This document shows, piece after piece, positions 60,734-64,000 of a stretch of 64,000 nucleotides of DNA. The notes under the pieces were generated by a model. That model was not told the DNA's origin and did not search any database. It worked only from the letters and a program-made list of their open reading frames with translations. Each line of letters starts with the position of its first letter. Positions within the stretch are counted from its first letter, which is position 1. Source of the DNA: Candidatus Nomurabacteria bacterium. Lineage in GTDB: Bacteria > Patescibacteriota > Minisyncoccia > Phycocordibacterales > UBA9973. The position numbers were made by a program, and so were the translations under genes. The DNA is taken from contig JBPOHQ010000006.1 of NCBI GenBank assembly GCA_052035405.1, positions 8,039 through 72,038 on the forward strand. The letters are read 5' to 3'.

Positions 60734-62623
60734 ATGAATACAGGTATAGAATCTTGGAAAAATCTTTTAACCTATGCATATAATGCTTTTTCTATTCCTT
60801 TATTATTAAACACACTTTTTTCTCCTTGGAAAAATGATACTGCAAAAGATGCTCATTTTTCTTTTGTTGAACGCATCGTGTACGCTATTTTTTCTAGAGT
60901 TTTAGGGTTTGTTGCTCGGATCCTTTTAATATGCGTTGGACTTATTTTTTCATTTTTAGTTATGCTTACGTATCCGATATTTTTACTTTTACCGATAAAG
61001 ATAAGTCGTGAATCTCTGGAGTCTCTGGGTAGCATTGGAGCAGAATTATCCTATGGTGATACATACCATTTAAATCGGTATGGCCATGATATCAGTGGTG
61101 CAAGGGATTTAAAACTATATGGTAAAGAAAAAGCATTTCGTATGATTGAGCGAGCGCTCTCTAAAGACAATAATCACAATGTTCTTTTGGTGGGGGATAT
61201 CGGTGTCGGTAAAGATACGCTGATAGATCATCTGGGTAAGCTTGGTCAATCAGGGCTTTCGTTTAGAGGTATTCATCATCACCGTGTCGTAGAGCTTCCG
61301 CTTGAAAATATAACATTAGAAGATTTTGATAAGTCTCTTGTAGAAGCAAAGGCTGCCGGGAATGTCATTTTAGTTTTAAAAAATATTCATGCATACGAAT
61401 CCCTATATGAAAGATTGCTCCCTTATTTGAATACATCTCATTTGGCTATCATTGCAACAACTGATTTTTCTGATTATGATCGAGTTTTAAAAATGCATCC
61501 AGAATTTCTCTCAAAATTTGAGAAAGTAGATATATTGGCAACTAGCACAGAAGAGACATTTGAAATACTTGTAAACTACTCAGTACTCCATCACGTGCAT
61601 GTAAAAAAAGAAGTACTCAAAGAATTAGTAGGACTCGCTGATCGATTTATTGCAAACCAATCCCAGCCTTTAAAATCGATTTTGATAGTGGACGAATTAC
61701 GAGCGTTGGGGAGAGACATTACCACAGAAGACGTACGACAAATTATTTCTGACAAGACCAATATTCCGATAGGTGCTCTTGGTGCTGATGAACGTAAAGT
61801 TCTCGTCGAACTCGAAGAGACTATGAGAAGTAAAATCATCGGACAAGATGAAGCGGTTAAAGATGTATCTGAAGCACTCAGACGTTTACGTACAGGAGTC
61901 GCTGATCCATCAAAACCTGCAGGAAGTTTTCTTTTCTTGGGTCCGACTGGAGTAGGTAAGACATACACTGCAAAGATTTTAGCTGAGAGTTATTTTGGCA
62001 GAAAAGACTCTATGATTCGTTTTGATATGAGTGAATTTTCTCAACCTGATGCAACAGTACTTTTTGCCGAGAGACTTGGCTCTGTAATAGAAGAGAACCC
62101 TTTATCACTCGTATTCTTTGACGAGCTCGAAAAAGCTCACAGGACTATTCATCAACTTCTCCTGCAAGTACTCGACGAGGGACGTATGACTCGAGAGAAT
62201 GGTCGTGTGGCAAATTTTAGAGATGCTATAATCATCGCCACCTCGAACGCCGGCAGTGCCCAAATAATAGAGAATCCAAATATAGATAAAAAGAATTTAA
62301 TTGATACATTGATTAAAAACAATACCTACGCACCAGAATTTTTAAATCGTTTTAGTGGCATTATTCTTTTCAAACCGCTTTCCACAAAAGAGGCGAGAGA
62401 GATATCTTCATTATTACTTTCAGAACTTTCAGAAAGAATTTTAAAAGACAAAGGAGTAAAACTCGAAGTAACTGATGCACTCATAGACCACGTCGCTTCT
62501 GCAGGGTTTGATCCAGACTTCGGAGCAAGGCCTATTAAGCGTGCAATAGAAGAAATCGTAGAGAATAAAATAGCTGACTATATAATCAAAGGAGAGACGA
62601 GTGGCACTATTAAAATTATGTAA
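60734..62623 (+). CDS. Membrane-anchored ClpA/B-like AAA+ ATPase with a degenerate first module
   Basis: N-terminal TM region; D1 GDIGVGKD with LKNIH in place of Walker B; D2 IGQDEAV, GPTGVGKT, FDELEKAH, PEFLNRF, FGARPIKR. Confidence 0.85.
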   Translation: MNTGIESWKNLLTYAYNAFSIPLLLNTLFSPWKNDTAKDAHFSFVERIVYAIFSRVLGFVARILLICVGLIFSFLVMLTYPIFLLLPIKISRESLESLGSIGAELSYGDTYHLNRYGHDISGARDLKLYGKEKAFRMIERALSKDNNHNVLLVGDIGVGKDTLIDHLGKLGQSGLSFRGIHHHRVVELPLENITLEDFDKSLVEAKAAGNVILVLKNIHAYESLYERLLPYLNTSHLAIIATTDFSDYDRVLKMHPEFLSKFEKVDILATSTEETFEILVNYSVLHHVHVKKEVLKELVGLADRFIANQSQPLKSILIVDELRALGRDITTEDVRQIISDKTNIPIGALGADERKVLVELEETMRSKIIGQDEAVKDVSEALRRLRTGVADPSKPAGSFLFLGPTGVGKTYTAKILAESYFGRKDSMIRFDMSEFSQPDATVLFAERLGSVIEENPLSLVFFDELEKAHRTIHQLLLQVLDEGRMTRENGRVANFRDAIIIATSNAGSAQIIENPNIDKKNLIDTLIKNNTYAPEFLNRFSGIILFKPLSTKEAREISSLLLSELSERILKDKGVKLEVTDALIDHVASAGFDPDFGARPIKRAIEEIVENKIADYIIKGETSGTIKIM

Positions 62624-62648
62624 AAAAATAAGCGGCCTTTTGAGCCGC
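62622..62648 (-). terminator. Minus-strand terminator for the small ORF
   Basis: Minus strand GCGGC-TCAAAAG-GCCGC-TTATTTTTTT. Confidence 0.6.
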
Positions 62649-62664
62649 ATTTGAAGGTGAGTGT

Positions 62665-62778
62665 TTAATTTTTTGTTTTGTATGCTCCTAGAGAAATGAG
62701 CACAAGGAGTATCTGGAGAACCCCTTTTACGGCTCCCAAACCACCCCGAAAGAAGGCTTTTGCTAATAGTCTAAGCAT
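62665..62778 (-). CDS. 37-aa cationic, hydrophobic small peptide (not in the ORF track)
   Basis: MLRLLAKAFFRGGLGAVKGVLQILLVLISLGAYKTKN*, followed by a correctly oriented terminator. Confidence 0.5.
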   Translation of the reverse strand: MLRLLAKAFFRGGLGAVKGVLQILLVLISLGAYKTKN

Positions 62779-62955
62779 AGTTAAAGAATTTTTGTTACCT
62801 TACCTTATATTTTAGTTTTTGTAAATGCTACATATATGGTAAAATGTAGGTACTTAGTTTTATAGCTAATTTATCCTTATATCTCTTTATGTTATATAGG
62901 TTTTTCACTATCGTCATAGACGGGAAGGGCGAAGCCGTGTGTTATCTAGAGAGGG

Positions 62956-62984
62956 TTGACTTTTTGTCTTAAATATGCTATATT
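62956..62984 (+). promoter_or_regulatory. Sigma70 promoter driving the long leader and adhesin
   Basis: TTGACT-17-TATATT with the TG extension. Confidence 0.65.
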
Positions 62985-62990
62985 ACTGAA

Positions 62991-63455
62991 GTTAAAAATG
63001 TATCTTGACAAAAGAGCGTTTAGCTGGTCTTTTCCATCTACAGCTCCATAGCATTTATTAAAACGAGAAAAACTCGTTTACTTATGTTTATCTTAATGAT
63101 AAGCAGTTCTTGTCAGAGCATATCTCTGACACTATGTTAGTTTACTGAAAAAGCGAATTGCATGAGAAAAAGTTTTAAGAAAAACAGAAGCAGAAAAAAT
63201 AATTTTACACTCTTGAATTATTTTTTCTGCTTCTGTATTAAATGGAGCGGACAATAAATTTTGAAACTCCCTAAGACTTGTCGAAGGGATTAAGATATAG
63301 CAGAAAAGTTTTTACGAAAACTTTTCTGCGAGATTAAGCCCACTTGATTTCTGTCCTCCGTTACCTTTCGTGATGGAAAATAATCCTATAACGGATTGCA
63401 TTAATCATTTGGGCATAAAAAATTTTTTTCCATCACTACTTAAACTTTTCTAAAC
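62991..63455 (+). ncRNA. Candidate large structured RNA or 5' leader
   Basis: Many helices, including a perfect 21-bp stem (63184-63236), a 13-bp stem with UACG tetraloop (63300-63329) and long-range pairings. Confidence 0.5.
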
Positions 63456-64000
63456 ATGCGACAAAAAATCGCTTTCTTCTTGACCGCGTTCCTGATGATC
63501 CTCGTAACTGAGGGGAGGTTGAGCGCACAAACTATTACAGTACACACCACGCCGACCGAGTGTTTCGGTCCGTGCGTTGGCACTGCTCAGATTATAGGAT
63601 TATGTCCGGAAATCGTTGCGACCTATACATGGTCCGATGGAGTGGTGACTACGGTCCCACACCGCGATAGCTTGTGTGCAGGGGATTATTCCGTTTATAT
63701 TAACTCGAATAATTGTCTCTGTATTACAGTTCATTTTACTGTTTGGACTAACCAAGTTTATCTGGGAATAACTAAACAAAATCTGACTTGTAACAAATTG
63801 GGTTCTGCTGAAGTAACCGGCGTGGCGAACGCTACTTGGCCGTACACCTATCAATGGTCCGGCCCGAACGGCTTCCACGCAACCACACCGGCTATTTCGA
63901 ATTTGCAGCCAGGTATCTACACCGTGACACTTACCGAGAAAAATGGCTGTACCGCTACAGAAGAAGTTGAAATCGTGAATCAAGTAACGATTATCAACTT
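63456..64000 (+). CDS. Secreted SprB-repeat (Ig-like) adhesin, runs off the window end (not in the ORF track)
   Basis: Manual translation is open to the end: MRQKIAFFLTAFLMILVTEGRLSAQ...TYTWSDG..DSLCAGDYSV...PYTYQWSGPNGF..ISNLQPGIYTVTLTEKNGCT. Confidence 0.8.
   Translation, partial: MRQKIAFFLTAFLMILVTEGRLSAQTITVHTTPTECFGPCVGTAQIIGLCPEIVATYTWSDGVVTTVPHRDSLCAGDYSVYINSNNCLCITVHFTVWTNQVYLGITKQNLTCNKLGSAEVTGVANATWPYTYQWSGPNGFHATTPAISNLQPGIYTVTLTEKNGCTATEEVEIVNQVTIIN

Noticed and set aside
60276-60735. ORFs 60276-60536 (+) and 60529-60735 (-)
   Set aside because: They overlap RNase P RNA and the hairpin element and show no protein-like features
63110-63300. Group I intron-like words (TCAGAG, GAAACTCCCTAAG, AAGATATAG) in the long leader
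   Set aside because: The order does not fit P-Q-R-S, no P7 pairing was found, and no host gene is interrupted
63600-63983. 127-aa minus-strand ORF in the track
   Set aside because: It is the antisense shadow of the plus-strand SprB-repeat gene

Overview
AT-rich chromosomal core region of a Patescibacteria/CPR bacterium, most like Parcubacteria. The lineage is inferred from the streamlined PheS/PheT/ThrS/ProS, WCVDS-type pilins, short SMC and scarce Shine-Dalgarno sites. It uses standard genetic code 11. Protein-coding content, in order: a type IV pilus cluster (pilB, receiver protein, pilT, pilC, two pilins, pilD, four minor pilins), ligA, truB, TerC, a UvrD-nuclease, trhO, pheST, gyrB, thrS, rpmF, nusB-NUDIX, rnc, smc, DacA-CapA, rnr, rpsP-khpA-trmD, rpoBC-dnaG-rpoD, DsbA, GT2, tsf, rpsB, proS-mreBC-tgt, a SpeA-like decarboxylase and a membrane-anchored Clp-like ATPase. 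RNA elements are tRNA-Ser(GGA), tRNA-Thr(UGU), RNase P RNA and a T-box. No CRISPR array, transposase or prophage was seen. Most notable: (1) a secreted orphan protein with an aromatic residue at every 6th position for 300 residues (50 Tyr plus 1 Phe); (2) an apparently circularly permuted CsoSCA-type carbonic anhydrase with no carboxysome genes nearby; (3) a ~460-nt, heavily base-paired RNA leader ahead of an SprB-repeat adhesin that the ORF track missed; (4) a minimal, non-canonical T-box; (5) a NusB-NUDIX fusion, a hingeless SMC and a Clp ATPase lacking its pore loop; (6) many apparently leaderless mRNAs. All family assignments come from motif recognition by eye; no database search was run.
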